NCBI GenBank assembly: GCA_033759635.1
Contig: GCA_033759635.1_4528.1
Origin: a phage
DNA length: 64,000 nt
Direction: 5' to 3' (one strand)
Positions within the stretch are counted from its first letter, which is position 1. Every line of letters starts with the position of its first letter. The notes below the pieces were generated by a model. The model was not told where the DNA came from and searched no databases. It saw only the letters and a program-made list of their open reading frames with translations. The position numbers and the translations under genes are program-made. Shown one piece after another: positions 8,721 through 17,919 of this stretch.

Positions 8721-9008
8721 ATGGATTTTATGCAAAAAATTAAAGCCGCAGTCGAACTCTATGCACATCGTATGGTTAGTTCTACGATGAAATATAGCGA
8801 GGAAGTTCGCCAGGACTCTTCCTTGAAAGGAAAAACTAAAGCCTTAATTACCTTAGATCGTTTGCAAAAGAATGCCATAGAGATGCTCCAGTACGACAAG
8901 AGTGTATATAAGAAAGAACAGGAAGAGAAACTTAAATCTGAAAAATTACAAAAAATCCCGAAGTCTGTTTGGTTCAGTGGAAAAAATACTGAAAAAAGTT
9001 TCTTTTAG
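8721..9008 (+). CDS. hypothetical protein (95 aa)
   Basis: ORF track; SD AAAGAGGA upstream. Confidence 0.5.
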   Translation: MDFMQKIKAAVELYAHRMVSSTMKYSEEVRQDSSLKGKTKALITLDRLQKNAIEMLQYDKSVYKKEQEEKLKSEKLQKIPKSVWFSGKNTEKSFF

Positions 9009-9010
9009 TT

Positions 9011-9066
9011 GTTTACAAGGTCTATGGTTATGTTATTATAGACCTATCAACTACTGGAGGTAAAAC
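9011..9066 (+). promoter_or_regulatory. early promoter / stem-loop cassette
   Basis: GTTTAC 9011-9016, 17-nt spacer, TATTAT 9034-9039; IR aggtcta / tagacct. Confidence 0.55.
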
Positions 9067-9594
9067 ATGAACGCTAAAGATATTTTCAACCTGGTAAATT
9101 ATAACGACGGTAAATTTAAATCTGAAGCACAAAGCAAGTTCTTTAATGACGTTGCTTATGATAACGAGATTACCGTGGACGGAGGTCAGATTTTCAAATC
9201 TCGCTGGAATTGGATTGTTATCATCGATTCAGTTGGAATTGTGGAAGTCTACAAAAACACTAACAAAAAACGTACATTATTCTGGTCTCGTGAAACTAAC
9301 GAGCAGTACAAAAAGGATAAAGCGTCTCGTTTATCCAAAGTAACCCAGGAAGATATCGAGTTTATCAAGAAAGATATCGAGATGTACGAAAATTTAATCG
9401 CTGAAGACCAGGCAGTACTCGACAAGTTTGATGAAATTAAAGCTTCTCGTGAAATCCCTGACTTCATGAAAGAAACAGTAAACGAACGATACGCTCTCAC
9501 TTCAGAACGTATTGCAAACTATACAAAACAGAAAGCAGAACGTATTAGTACTCTTCGGAAATTTGAAGAACGTTTAAAGACGGTTCACGCATAA
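9067..9594 (+). CDS. hypothetical protein (175 aa)
   Basis: ORF track; downstream of promoter cassette with SD GGAGG. Confidence 0.6.
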   Translation: MNAKDIFNLVNYNDGKFKSEAQSKFFNDVAYDNEITVDGGQIFKSRWNWIVIIDSVGIVEVYKNTNKKRTLFWSRETNEQYKKDKASRLSKVTQEDIEFIKKDIEMYENLIAEDQAVLDKFDEIKASREIPDFMKETVNERYALTSERIANYTKQKAERISTLRKFEERLKTVHA

Positions 9595-9595
9595 A

Positions 9596-9656
9596 CGCTT
9601 TACCCAAGGACGGGTTATAATGGTTTTGAGTTCCAATTCAATCTGAGGAAATAGTT
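9596..9656 (+). promoter_or_regulatory. candidate middle (MotA-type) promoter
   Basis: MotA-box-like cGCTTTA 9596-9602, 13 nt, TATAAT 9616-9621. Confidence 0.4.
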
Positions 9657-10652
9657 ATGAGCATTACATCTGATGCGGTAAAACATGAAATTAACGGTTT
9701 ATGTGCTTCACAGATTAAAGTGTGGTTTAAAGACCATAACGATCGCAGAGCACTTAATTATGAGCAAATTGCTATCCAAGTTCATCAATTACTGACTAGT
9801 AAATTTGATTTTCATATGCCGCCTGAAATCTATACTAATCTGCCGCGAGCACTTATTAAAGCGTGTAAAGGTTATGGAAAATCAATGGCTGATGGAATCT
9901 TCAGCGCGCTGAATAAACTTAACGTTCTGTCGATGATTAACTCTAACAATATCCTGCGTAATCTAGGACGTACTGATTTGTTCGGTCGTGAACAGTGTAA
10001 AATGCCTTTGAAATGGATTGTTGCTCATCTTAACGAGAACCAAACACGTTTTATGGCCGTAACAGCACGTTTACAAATGGGCCTAGATCGTCAGATGAAC
10101 TTTAAAACTCATCCACGTTATTCAGGTTCAACAGACTTTTATAAATGCGAGCTTCAAAAGGTCGCTGGCAAAACTGTCTTAGTAGTTCGTGTAACGTTTG
10201 AAGGACGACGTCAAGGATATTTTGACCTAATCGGCTCTGGTCTTAAACATTGTGGATTTATCGACGAAGTTGATATCAAGCGAGACGGCATTGGATACCG
10301 TATTGGGTATGTTTGTACTCTTAAAGAAGAGATTTCAGGACCAGCTCCAGGACTAAAAGACGTTAGATATAAAGACGAGCTCGTTGAAGAAATAAAAGAA
10401 GTTGAATATGATATCAACCAAGAAGATGCTCTTAAAGACCTTATTGATGAACTGAACCAAGATGTTATTCCTGTTCAGAAATTTGAATCAAAACATGCTG
10501 AGCAAATCAAATACTTTGAAGCTTTGATTAACGAACTTAATGTAACTATTCAACAGACTGACGATGAAATCTCACGATTAGCAGGCTTAAATGGTAAAAA
10601 TAAAACAGAACGAGCTAATCTTATTCAAGTAGTAAAACTTCTTAAGGAATGA
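9657..10652 (+). CDS. hypothetical protein with C-terminal coiled coil (331 aa)
   Basis: ORF track; heptad-like C-terminus; SD GAGGAAA. Confidence 0.6.
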   Translation: MSITSDAVKHEINGLCASQIKVWFKDHNDRRALNYEQIAIQVHQLLTSKFDFHMPPEIYTNLPRALIKACKGYGKSMADGIFSALNKLNVLSMINSNNILRNLGRTDLFGREQCKMPLKWIVAHLNENQTRFMAVTARLQMGLDRQMNFKTHPRYSGSTDFYKCELQKVAGKTVLVVRVTFEGRRQGYFDLIGSGLKHCGFIDEVDIKRDGIGYRIGYVCTLKEEISGPAPGLKDVRYKDELVEEIKEVEYDINQEDALKDLIDELNQDVIPVQKFESKHAEQIKYFEALINELNVTIQQTDDEISRLAGLNGKNKTERANLIQVVKLLKE

Positions 10653-10707
10653 TGTACAACCAAGGATGGTTGGAGTATAATAAATTTTTCAACATGAGGA
10701 ATATAAA
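10652..10707 (+). promoter_or_regulatory. promoter cassette, family B
   Basis: ATGTACAACCAAGGATGGTTGGAGTATAAT; -10 TATAAT 10675-10680. Confidence 0.5.
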
Positions 10708-11667
10708 ATGGCTTTTATTACACGTAGAGAACTTATCAAAGAATTTACCTCGAACGCATATACTCCAGGACCTAATCCTATCCGTATGCCTGTAAAAACT
10801 CCTGAAGAGATTGAGGAAGTCTGTTCGTATTATGGGATTACTTCTCGTATGTTTACTCAATTTGAATGTGTTACTAACACGCCCGTTAAAGAGTTCATTA
10901 AAAATGGTGAGTTCAGCCGTTTACTAGCCAAACAGAAACTTCGTAATTTTTGTATTGGCGGTGAAGGACAATATTTCGCTAAGCAGTTCCGGAATAACCT
11001 TAACAATCTGATGGCCATTGCTTCTCGTATTCGTCCTCAAGCAATTAACATGAAACATTTGAAATATACTTACGATAAGTTGGAAATCATGGTTATCAGT
11101 GAGAACGAGTTCACTCTCACGTATAAACCTAAGAACGATAACGTTGCTCGTGTATTCCACCAAGCGTTAGAAGTTTTAGGTGATAATATCCACCAGATTA
11201 AAGCAATTTATTCTCGTGAGCTTAATATTATCGACCCTATCAAGAATAAGGGCCATATCGCTATCCAGGCTCGTGTATCTATTGGTAAAAAGGTTCCTGC
11301 GCCATGGTGGCACAAAGACTCTGAATACTATCAAAATCTTAAAAAGGAAAATGCAACGTTCGAAGGCAATATCACAGCAACACCAGTCGGTAATGCAGAG
11401 GTTCTAAGCGCATATTCTCCGACACAACCCGGTATGTTTAAAGGTTTGCCAAATGTGTGCAAACTGTCGGCAGTAAAACTAAATGTTTCTAATGACCTTC
11501 TTCCGGCCGAAGATTATCATTACAACCAAATCAAGGCTACTGTAGACCAACTGTCCGTTGAACTTGACAAAGCACAAGCTAAGCTTCGTGATGCTCAAAG
11601 TGTTGTAACGAATCTCCAGTTGCAGTACTCTAAACTTTTTAACGCAATGAATGCGTTAAAATCATAA
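10708..11667 (+). CDS. hypothetical protein with C-terminal coiled coil (319 aa)
   Basis: ORF track; preceded by GTaCAACCAAGGATGGTTGGAGTATAAT cassette. Confidence 0.6.
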   Translation: MAFITRRELIKEFTSNAYTPGPNPIRMPVKTPEEIEEVCSYYGITSRMFTQFECVTNTPVKEFIKNGEFSRLLAKQKLRNFCIGGEGQYFAKQFRNNLNNLMAIASRIRPQAINMKHLKYTYDKLEIMVISENEFTLTYKPKNDNVARVFHQALEVLGDNIHQIKAIYSRELNIIDPIKNKGHIAIQARVSIGKKVPAPWWHKDSEYYQNLKKENATFEGNITATPVGNAEVLSAYSPTQPGMFKGLPNVCKLSAVKLNVSNDLLPAEDYHYNQIKATVDQLSVELDKAQAKLRDAQSVVTNLQLQYSKLFNAMNALKS

Positions 11668-11671
11668 AACG

Positions 11672-11729
11672 GTTTACAACCAAGGATGGTTGGAGTATAA
11701 TGAATCTATCTTAACGAGAGGAAAATATT
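11672..11729 (+). promoter_or_regulatory. promoter cassette, family B
   Basis: GTTTACAACCAAGGATGGTTGGAGTATAAT; -10 at 11695-11700. Confidence 0.55.
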
Positions 11730-12680
11730 ATGACACGTTCACATTACATTGAATACTTTGCCGGTCTTATCGCTAACGTTCATGCCCAGCGTGCTGTTGG
11801 TGCACTAGGATTTGATGTTCCACACCGAGATGTAGTAAGTGGTATTCTTCGCGATTTTGGTACATACACAGGTCAAGAAAATCATATCTGTAAAGATACT
11901 CAGAATGCGTATTCTCATTCATTAGGGACACTGCTTCAATGGTTCAAACGTTCTCGTTTATTATCTTCTACTGTAGCTCGCGATAACATTAAAAACTTTA
12001 TGAAACCGAGCTTTATTAAATCTGTGACATCTAAAACTGATTTGGTTGAATTCACTATTATTAATGATGTTAAAAAGACTCATTTGGCTGATTGGTTATC
12101 TACCATTCCTGAAACTAAATTCGCTGATAAATTTGCTTGTGAATTCAATAACCAAGTGAATATGCTTTTTAAACATTCTCGTAAATTATTCACGGGCGGT
12201 GATGGTCGTACAAATAAAGTTCATGTTAAAGATTGGGTTACTGCAGTATTCAAACCGACCGGTAATGGTAACGCATCATTATCAATTGATATCCAGGTTC
12301 CTTATTACTACTCACGTAATCTCGGTACCATGAAAGCTGAAGAAATTAATAAGCATAACAAAACCGTTCGTTCATTGTCTTATAAACTTATTACATTGTT
12401 AGAGACTATGGATGTTGTTGAAACGTTCGACGAATCCGAAGATAACGGTTCAATGTTATACAGTTCTCGCACCCGAATTAAGCTGAAGAACCCTAACGAG
12501 TATAAACTTAAGACTATTAAAGAACCTAAAGTAGAAAAAGTTGACAACTTGAGCGAAGAACGTGAATATCTCAAATCTCGTCTGAAAGAAGTCGAAGCCC
12601 AGATTAAAGAACAGACTAAATCGTTAAAAGCTCTGAATGCGAAAGCGGACGGTTTACGAAATGCCATTGAGGTGTTATAA
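11730..12680 (+). CDS. hypothetical protein with C-terminal coiled coil (316 aa)
   Basis: ORF track; preceded by GTTTACAACCAAGGATGGTTGGAGTATAAT cassette. Confidence 0.6.
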   Translation: MTRSHYIEYFAGLIANVHAQRAVGALGFDVPHRDVVSGILRDFGTYTGQENHICKDTQNAYSHSLGTLLQWFKRSRLLSSTVARDNIKNFMKPSFIKSVTSKTDLVEFTIINDVKKTHLADWLSTIPETKFADKFACEFNNQVNMLFKHSRKLFTGGDGRTNKVHVKDWVTAVFKPTGNGNASLSIDIQVPYYYSRNLGTMKAEEINKHNKTVRSLSYKLITLLETMDVVETFDESEDNGSMLYSSRTRIKLKNPNEYKLKTIKEPKVEKVDNLSEEREYLKSRLKEVEAQIKEQTKSLKALNAKADGLRNAIEVL

Positions 12681-12985
12681 TGAAACTACGTCTTTTAGAG
12701 GATATTGATATGAGCACTAATCATGGCTTGGTTAAGTTTATTGACGATAGTTCAAAGATTGAATTTGTTCAGCGAGATAAAATCCACGGTGAAGAAGAGT
12801 TCGTTCCTCCAGCATGGAACGAAATAATGAAAATGGTTGAACGACGTGAAAATGCTGCCAAATCAGCAGCAAAACATCCATGCCCGAAATGTGGAACTAT
12901 CCAAGTCCAACTGGTTAACTGGACCACTGATAACTTGAAATTGAAATGCCGTAAATGCTTCCACAAATTTGAGAGAATATTATAA
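12680..12985 (+). CDS. zinc-ribbon protein (101 aa)
   Basis: C-terminal CPKCG..x17..CRKC four-Cys ribbon; TAATG overlap. Confidence 0.5.
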   Translation: MKLRLLEDIDMSTNHGLVKFIDDSSKIEFVQRDKIHGEEEFVPPAWNEIMKMVERRENAAKSAAKHPCPKCGTIQVQLVNWTTDNLKLKCRKCFHKFERIL

Positions 12986-13398
12986 TGAGATATAGCCTTC
13001 GTTGTTTTATCGCAGCTTTAGTTTTTGCCATTATTCCATTCATTTGGAACAGTCAGAATACTTACATGGAAACTAAAGTAATTCCTGTGGAGGTAGTGGA
13101 ATTAATCTCAGGCCAATCTACAGGAAAATATTCTAAATTAGAATTTATTGCAGTCTATAAAGATGAGCAAGGACGAGTTTTTGACAGGCGTGTATCACCG
13201 TCGTTTTATACGCTTCTGAATAAAGGTGATACGATAGCTATAGAAATTCGTGAGATGGATATCAAACAAACTACTAAAGATAACTTGATTTGGTTCTTTG
13301 GTACAGTGTTGTTGGTTTCTATCTGTATCACAGGTTTTATTACATGTATTGTATTTGGCATTGCATATTTAATCGATGAAAGGAAAAATAATGTTTAA
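12985..13398 (+). CDS. hypothetical membrane protein (137 aa)
   Basis: Hydrophobic N- and C-terminal helices. Confidence 0.55.
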   Translation: MRYSLRCFIAALVFAIIPFIWNSQNTYMETKVIPVEVVELISGQSTGKYSKLEFIAVYKDEQGRVFDRRVSPSFYTLLNKGDTIAIEIREMDIKQTTKDNLIWFFGTVLLVSICITGFITCIVFGIAYLIDERKNNV

Positions 13399-13654
13399 AG
13401 TGTACGGGTATGACTCTACTATTCATAAATGCATTTATTGTGATAATGCGAAACGATTGCTGACTGTTAAGAAACAGCCATTCGAATTCATTAATGTTAT
13501 GCCAGAAAAAGGTGTTTTTGATGATGAGAAAATTGCTGAGCTTCTGGTTAAGCTTGGACGTGAATCACAAGTTGGATTGACTATGCCTCAAGTATTTGCT
13601 CCTGATGGAAGTCATATTGGTGGATTTGACCAACTACGAGAATATTTTAAATGA
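13391..13654 (+). CDS. nrdC: thioredoxin (NrdC)
   Basis: 87 aa from ATG 13391; CIYC redox motif; near-identical to recalled T4 NrdC (MFKVYGYDS.IHKC.YCDNAKRLL...). Confidence 0.85.
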   Translation: MFKVYGYDSTIHKCIYCDNAKRLLTVKKQPFEFINVMPEKGVFDDEKIAELLVKLGRESQVGLTMPQVFAPDGSHIGGFDQLREYFK

Positions 13655-13969
13655 GTATTGATTTAACTTTCCCGGGCCCTTATGATCAGGGCGAATTAGA
13701 AGCTTTGTTATATCAAGAAATGCGTTCTCGTGCTAAGAACGATATCCAATATGCTATCGATAATCCATGGGGTGAATTTCATATATTAATGGGTAATCGA
13801 ATCATCGGTGTCCAATGGCGATTCGTTGGCCTTGAGGCTGAGGACTATGAAGAAAACGAGCACGGTGTCTGGATTCCTGTTGGTGAATACCACTGGGAAT
13901 ACGGTGGTCCTGACTTCGAAGTTTCCTGTGCATGGGTAGAACAATAAACTGCGAGAATATTTTAAATGA
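13637..13969 (+). repeat. 18-bp direct repeat pair bracketing ORF 13651..13947
   Basis: CGAGAATATTTTAAATGA at 13637-13654 (end of nrdC plus next start) and again at 13952-13969 (start of next gene). Confidence 0.6.
13651..13947 (+). CDS. hypothetical protein (98 aa)
   Basis: ORF track; bracketed by an 18-bp direct repeat. Confidence 0.55.
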   Translation: MSIDLTFPGPYDQGELEALLYQEMRSRAKNDIQYAIDNPWGEFHILMGNRIIGVQWRFVGLEAEDYEENEHGVWIPVGEYHWEYGGPDFEVSCAWVEQ

Positions 13970-14301
13970 ACGATATTGATTTCGCCAAAGCATATAAATT
14001 TGTAGCAACTCTTCTCGGACCTGACGCTCCTACTAAGCTTGAAGTTTTAAATTCTATTCCGACTTCATTGGTTCGAGATGCTGAAATATGGACATGGGAC
14101 GACTCGGCTGTTTGTGAAGATCTGTACATTCTGATGAATGACATGATGGTTAAAAAGCCTGAAACAATGGTTACTATTACTGTTGAAGAATATAATCGCC
14201 TGCAAGCCATTGAAGAGCTTCTGTGGAACATTGAATGTGACCTGCCGTCAGGGCTAGAATCCTGGATTGATTATGAAGAGCTCAATAAACTCCGGGGTTA
14301 A
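13966..14301 (+). CDS. hypothetical acidic protein (111 aa)
   Basis: ORF track. Confidence 0.55.
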   Translation: MNDIDFAKAYKFVATLLGPDAPTKLEVLNSIPTSLVRDAEIWTWDDSAVCEDLYILMNDMMVKKPETMVTITVEEYNRLQAIEELLWNIECDLPSGLESWIDYEELNKLRG

Positions 14302-14352
14302 ACCGTGGTATTCTGCTCGATGGGAGACTGTCGAGCCAGACGTCGAAACGGT

Positions 14353-14381
14353 TTACAACGACGAAGAACCATGTTATGATG
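14353..14381 (+). promoter_or_regulatory. early promoter-like element
   Basis: GTTTAC 14353-14358, 17-nt spacer, TATGAT 14376-14381. Confidence 0.4.
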
Positions 14382-14429
14382 AACCTTCAATAAATGAATT
14401 AATTGATATGGAAATGGGAAGAGATTATT

Positions 14430-14600
14430 ATGCAAGTTAAATTATTGTACCGTTTATTAAAAAATGGCAAGCATGATTGGTATTTGCTTATTAAAACCGA
14501 TCCGAATTTTTTCTCTGGACAACCATTTACAGTTCGTCCTACTAAACGTCAGCTTCGCAAAGCTAAACGTTCTCATCGTAACTTTTATAGAGAATATTGA
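14430..14600 (+). CDS. hypothetical basic protein (56 aa)
   Basis: Start refined to ATG 14430; promoter-like GTTTAC..TATGAT upstream. Confidence 0.4.
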   Translation: MQVKLLYRLLKNGKHDWYLLIKTDPNFFSGQPFTVRPTKRQLRKAKRSHRNFYREY

Positions 14601-14601
14601 T

Positions 14602-15015
14602 ATGAATATTTCTGAAACTCGCGGTAAATGGTTCAAGATTGTTAAAGAAGACGAAGAACTACAAGACAAGTTTCCTGAATTAAAGAAAGGAACAATCATC
14701 AAGGTAATTGGTACTACTACCGAAGATGGTTATGGCGACCATGGCATTATCGAAGTGATGTTGAACACAGGTGAGAAACTTTGCATCTATGACCGTGATA
14801 CTTCTCTTTGGTGCTTCTGGGAATCCCATTCAATAGATGAACTCGAAGAAATTGACCAAGTAGTTTGTGATGGTGGACTTGTTGAATTCGAAGGTGAACG
14901 TATTTCTTATGCTTTAGCTAAATTAGCTGGTCAAGAAAATAATGACGGTTATGAAGGTAATCTGATGCAAGCCGCAGCGGAATACATTGAATATTTAGAA
15001 AGACGTTTAAGTTAA
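14602..15015 (+). CDS. hypothetical protein (137 aa)
   Basis: Start refined to ATG 14602 adjacent to upstream stop. Confidence 0.55.
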   Translation: MNISETRGKWFKIVKEDEELQDKFPELKKGTIIKVIGTTTEDGYGDHGIIEVMLNTGEKLCIYDRDTSLWCFWESHSIDELEEIDQVVCDGGLVEFEGERISYALAKLAGQENNDGYEGNLMQAAAEYIEYLERRLS

Positions 15016-15050
15016 TAAATACCCTTATCTATTTAAGGTAAGGGTTTATT
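15012..15050 (+). promoter_or_regulatory. gene 49 leader: late-promoter-like AATAAATA plus SD-sequestering hairpin
   Basis: AATAAATA at 15014-15021 (one mismatch to TATAAATA); IR ACCCTTA (15021-15027) / TAAGGGT (15039-15045); right arm covers the SD-like AAGGG 6 nt before ATG 15051. Confidence 0.5.
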
Positions 15051-15524
15051 ATGTTATTATCTGGCAAATTATACAAAGAAGAAAAACAAAAATTTTATGA
15101 TGCACAGAACGGTAAGTGTCCTATTTGCCACCGTGAATTAGACCCTGATGTTCAAGGTAACCATCTTGACCACGACCACGAGTTAAACGGGCCAAAAGCC
15201 GGTAGAGTTCGTGGATTACTCTGTAATCTGTGCAACGCAGCAGAAGGCCAAATGAAGCATAAGTTCAACCGTTCTGGTCTTAAAGGTCAAAACGTTGATT
15301 ACCTCGAATGGCTTGAAGCTCTTCTTGCTTATTTGAAACAAGATTATTCTGATAATAATATCCATCCTAATTTTGTTCCAGACAAAACTAAAGAGTTCTC
15401 AAGACTAGGTAAAGAGGAAATGATGGCTGAGATGCTTCAAAGAGGATTTGAATATAATGAATCTGATACTAAAACACAATTAATAGCTTCATTCAAAAAG
15501 CAGCTTAGAAAGAGTTTAAAATGA
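15051..15524 (+). CDS. 49: endonuclease VII (Holliday junction resolvase)
   Basis: 157 aa; Zn-binding CPICH..x..CNLCN; near-identical to recalled T4 gp49. Confidence 0.9.
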   Translation: MLLSGKLYKEEKQKFYDAQNGKCPICHRELDPDVQGNHLDHDHELNGPKAGRVRGLLCNLCNAAEGQMKHKFNRSGLKGQNVDYLEWLEALLAYLKQDYSDNNIHPNFVPDKTKEFSRLGKEEMMAEMLQRGFEYNESDTKTQLIASFKKQLRKSLK

Positions 15525-17338
15525 AAATTGAAAAAGAAATTGAAGGATTAATTCATAAAACTAATAAAGATCTTTTAAACGAGAATGCTAATAAAGATTC
15601 TCGTGTTTTTCCAACTCAACGGGACCTTATGGCTGGTATTGTGTCTAAGCACATTGCCAAAAATATGGTCCCGTCTTTTATTATGAATGCGCATGAAAGC
15701 GGAATCATTCACATGCATGATATTGATTATTCTCCTGCTCTTCCGTTTACTAATTGTTGTTTAGTCGATTTAAAGGGGATGCTTGAGAATGGATTTAAAT
15801 TAGGCAATGCTCAAATTGAAACGCCTAAATCGATTGGTGTTGCTACTGCAATTATGGCACAAATTACTGCACAAGTTGCTTCCCATCAGTATGGCGGAAC
15901 TACATTTGCGAATGTCGATAAAGTTCTTTCTCCTTATGTTAAACGTACATACGCTAAACATGTTGAAGATGCAGAAAAATGGCAAATACCAGACATTCTG
16001 AATTATGCTCAATCTAAAACAGAAAAAGACGTATACGATGCATTCCAAGCTTATGAATATGAGGTAAATACTCTTTTTAGTTCAAACGGTCAAACTCCTT
16101 TTGTTACCATAACATTTGGAACAGGAACTGATTGGACTGAACGAATGATTCAGAAGGCAATTCTTAAAAACCGCATTAAAGGTCTTGGTCGTGATGGAAT
16201 AACTCCTATTTTTCCTAAACTTGTTATGTTTGTTGAAGAAGGTGTTAATCTTTATAAAGATGATCCGAACTATGATATTAAACAACTTGCGTTAGAATGT
16301 GCAAGCAAAAGAATGTATCCTGACATTATTTCGGTTAAGAATAATAAAGCTATTACTGGTTCTTCAGTTCCGGTTTCTCCAATGGGCTGCCGTAGTTTCT
16401 TGAGTGTATGGAAAGATTCGACTGGTAATGAAATTCTTGATGGACGCAATAATCTTGGTGTTGTAACATTGAATCTTCCTCGCATCGCGTTAGATTCTTA
16501 TATTGGAACACAGTTCAATGAACAGAAATTTGTTGAGCTATTTAATGAACGAATGGATCTGTGCTTTGAAGCCTTGATGTGTAGAATTAGTTCCTTAAAA
16601 GGAGTTAAAGCGACTGTTGCTCCTATTCTTTACCAAGAAGGTGCATTCGGGGTTCGTCTTAAACCTGATGACGACATAATTGAGTTATTTAAAAACGGTA
16701 GAAGTTCAGTGTCTTTAGGATACATTGGTATTCACGAATTGAATATTCTTGTCGGACGTGATATTGGACAAGAAATTTTAACTAAAATGAATGCTCATCT
16801 TAAACAGTGGACCGAAAGAACTGGATTTGCTTTTAGTTTGTATTCTACTCCTGCTGAAAACTTGTGTTATCGTTTCTGTAAACTCGACACAGAAAAATAT
16901 GGAAGTGTAAAGGATGTTACTGATAAAGGCTGGTATACTAATAGTTTCCATGTTTCAGTAGAAGAAAATATTACTCCGTTTGAAAAGATTTCTCGTGAAG
17001 CGCCATATCATTTCATTGCGACAGGTGGTCACATTTCTTATGTTGAACTTCCTGATATGAAAAATAACCTAAAAGGTCTTGAGGCTGTATGGGATTATGC
17101 TGCACAACATTTAGATTATTTTGGTGTTAATATGCCAGTAGATAAGTGTTTTACATGTGGAAGTACCCATGAAATGACTCCTACTGAAAACGGATTTGTT
17201 TGTTCAGTTTGTGGAGAAACTGATCCTAAAAAGATGAACACAATAAGAAGAACATGCGGCTATCTGGGAAATCCGAACGAACGCGGATTTAATCTCGGTA
17301 AAAATAAAGAAATAATGCATAGGGTTAAACACCAATGA
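15521..17338 (+). CDS. nrdD: anaerobic ribonucleoside-triphosphate reductase
   Basis: 605 aa; glycyl-radical region RTCGYLGNP near C-terminus; ATGA overlap with gene 49; continuous ORF. Confidence 0.9.
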   Translation: MKIEKEIEGLIHKTNKDLLNENANKDSRVFPTQRDLMAGIVSKHIAKNMVPSFIMNAHESGIIHMHDIDYSPALPFTNCCLVDLKGMLENGFKLGNAQIETPKSIGVATAIMAQITAQVASHQYGGTTFANVDKVLSPYVKRTYAKHVEDAEKWQIPDILNYAQSKTEKDVYDAFQAYEYEVNTLFSSNGQTPFVTITFGTGTDWTERMIQKAILKNRIKGLGRDGITPIFPKLVMFVEEGVNLYKDDPNYDIKQLALECASKRMYPDIISVKNNKAITGSSVPVSPMGCRSFLSVWKDSTGNEILDGRNNLGVVTLNLPRIALDSYIGTQFNEQKFVELFNERMDLCFEALMCRISSLKGVKATVAPILYQEGAFGVRLKPDDDIIELFKNGRSSVSLGYIGIHELNILVGRDIGQEILTKMNAHLKQWTERTGFAFSLYSTPAENLCYRFCKLDTEKYGSVKDVTDKGWYTNSFHVSVEENITPFEKISREAPYHFIATGGHISYVELPDMKNNLKGLEAVWDYAAQHLDYFGVNMPVDKCFTCGSTHEMTPTENGFVCSVCGETDPKKMNTIRRTCGYLGNPNERGFNLGKNKEIMHRVKHQ

Positions 17339-17805
17339 ATTATGATAGATTTTATCCTTGCGATTTTGTGAATGGCCCTGGTTGCAGGGTCGTTCTTTTC
17401 GTTACAGGTTGTTTGCATAAATGCGAAGGGTGTTATAATAAATCAACATGGAATGCTAGAAATGGTATTCCATTCACTGGTGAAACACTAGAACAATTAA
17501 TTGAATGTTTGAATAATGATTATATAGAAGGATTAACTATAACCGGAGGAGACCCTCTCTATCCTGATAACCGAGATGTTATTCACTCTGTAGTTCAAAC
17601 TATTAAAAATCTTTATCCCAATAAAAGCATTTGGTTGTGGACAGGATATACGTTTGAAGATATTAAACAACTAGAAATGCTTAAATATGTTGATGTTATT
17701 ATTGATGGGAAGTATGAGAAAAATCTTCCGACCAAAAAACTGTGGCGAGGATCAGATAATCAGCGACTTTGGTCAAATACCGATGGGGTGTGGAAACATG
17801 ATTAA
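17335..17805 (+). CDS. nrdG: anaerobic RNR activating enzyme (radical SAM)
   Basis: 156 aa; Cys-rich N-terminal region (FVTGCLHKCEGCYNK) consistent with the activase Fe-S site; ATGA overlap with nrdD. Confidence 0.85.
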   Translation: MNYDRFYPCDFVNGPGCRVVLFVTGCLHKCEGCYNKSTWNARNGIPFTGETLEQLIECLNNDYIEGLTITGGDPLYPDNRDVIHSVVQTIKNLYPNKSIWLWTGYTFEDIKQLEMLKYVDVIIDGKYEKNLPTKKLWRGSDNQRLWSNTDGVWKHD

Positions 17806-17911
17806 ATTGAATTACATTATGGACACTATAAATGATATGATTTTTCATTTTGGCCCAGAATTTTATTCGCAATATAGTTTAGTGCTTATCAATGCTTGGT
17901 TAATTAATTAA
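17798..17911 (+). CDS. small ORF (37 aa)
   Basis: ATG 17798 overlapping nrdG stop; same frame as track ORF 17687..17911. Confidence 0.3.
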   Translation: MIKLNYIMDTINDMIFHFGPEFYSQYSLVLINAWLIN

Positions 17912-17919
17912 GGGTAAAT

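Noticed and set aside
15521-17338. Group I intron in nrdD, as in T4
   Set aside because: The ORF is continuous and full length (605 aa); no structured non-coding insertion is visible.
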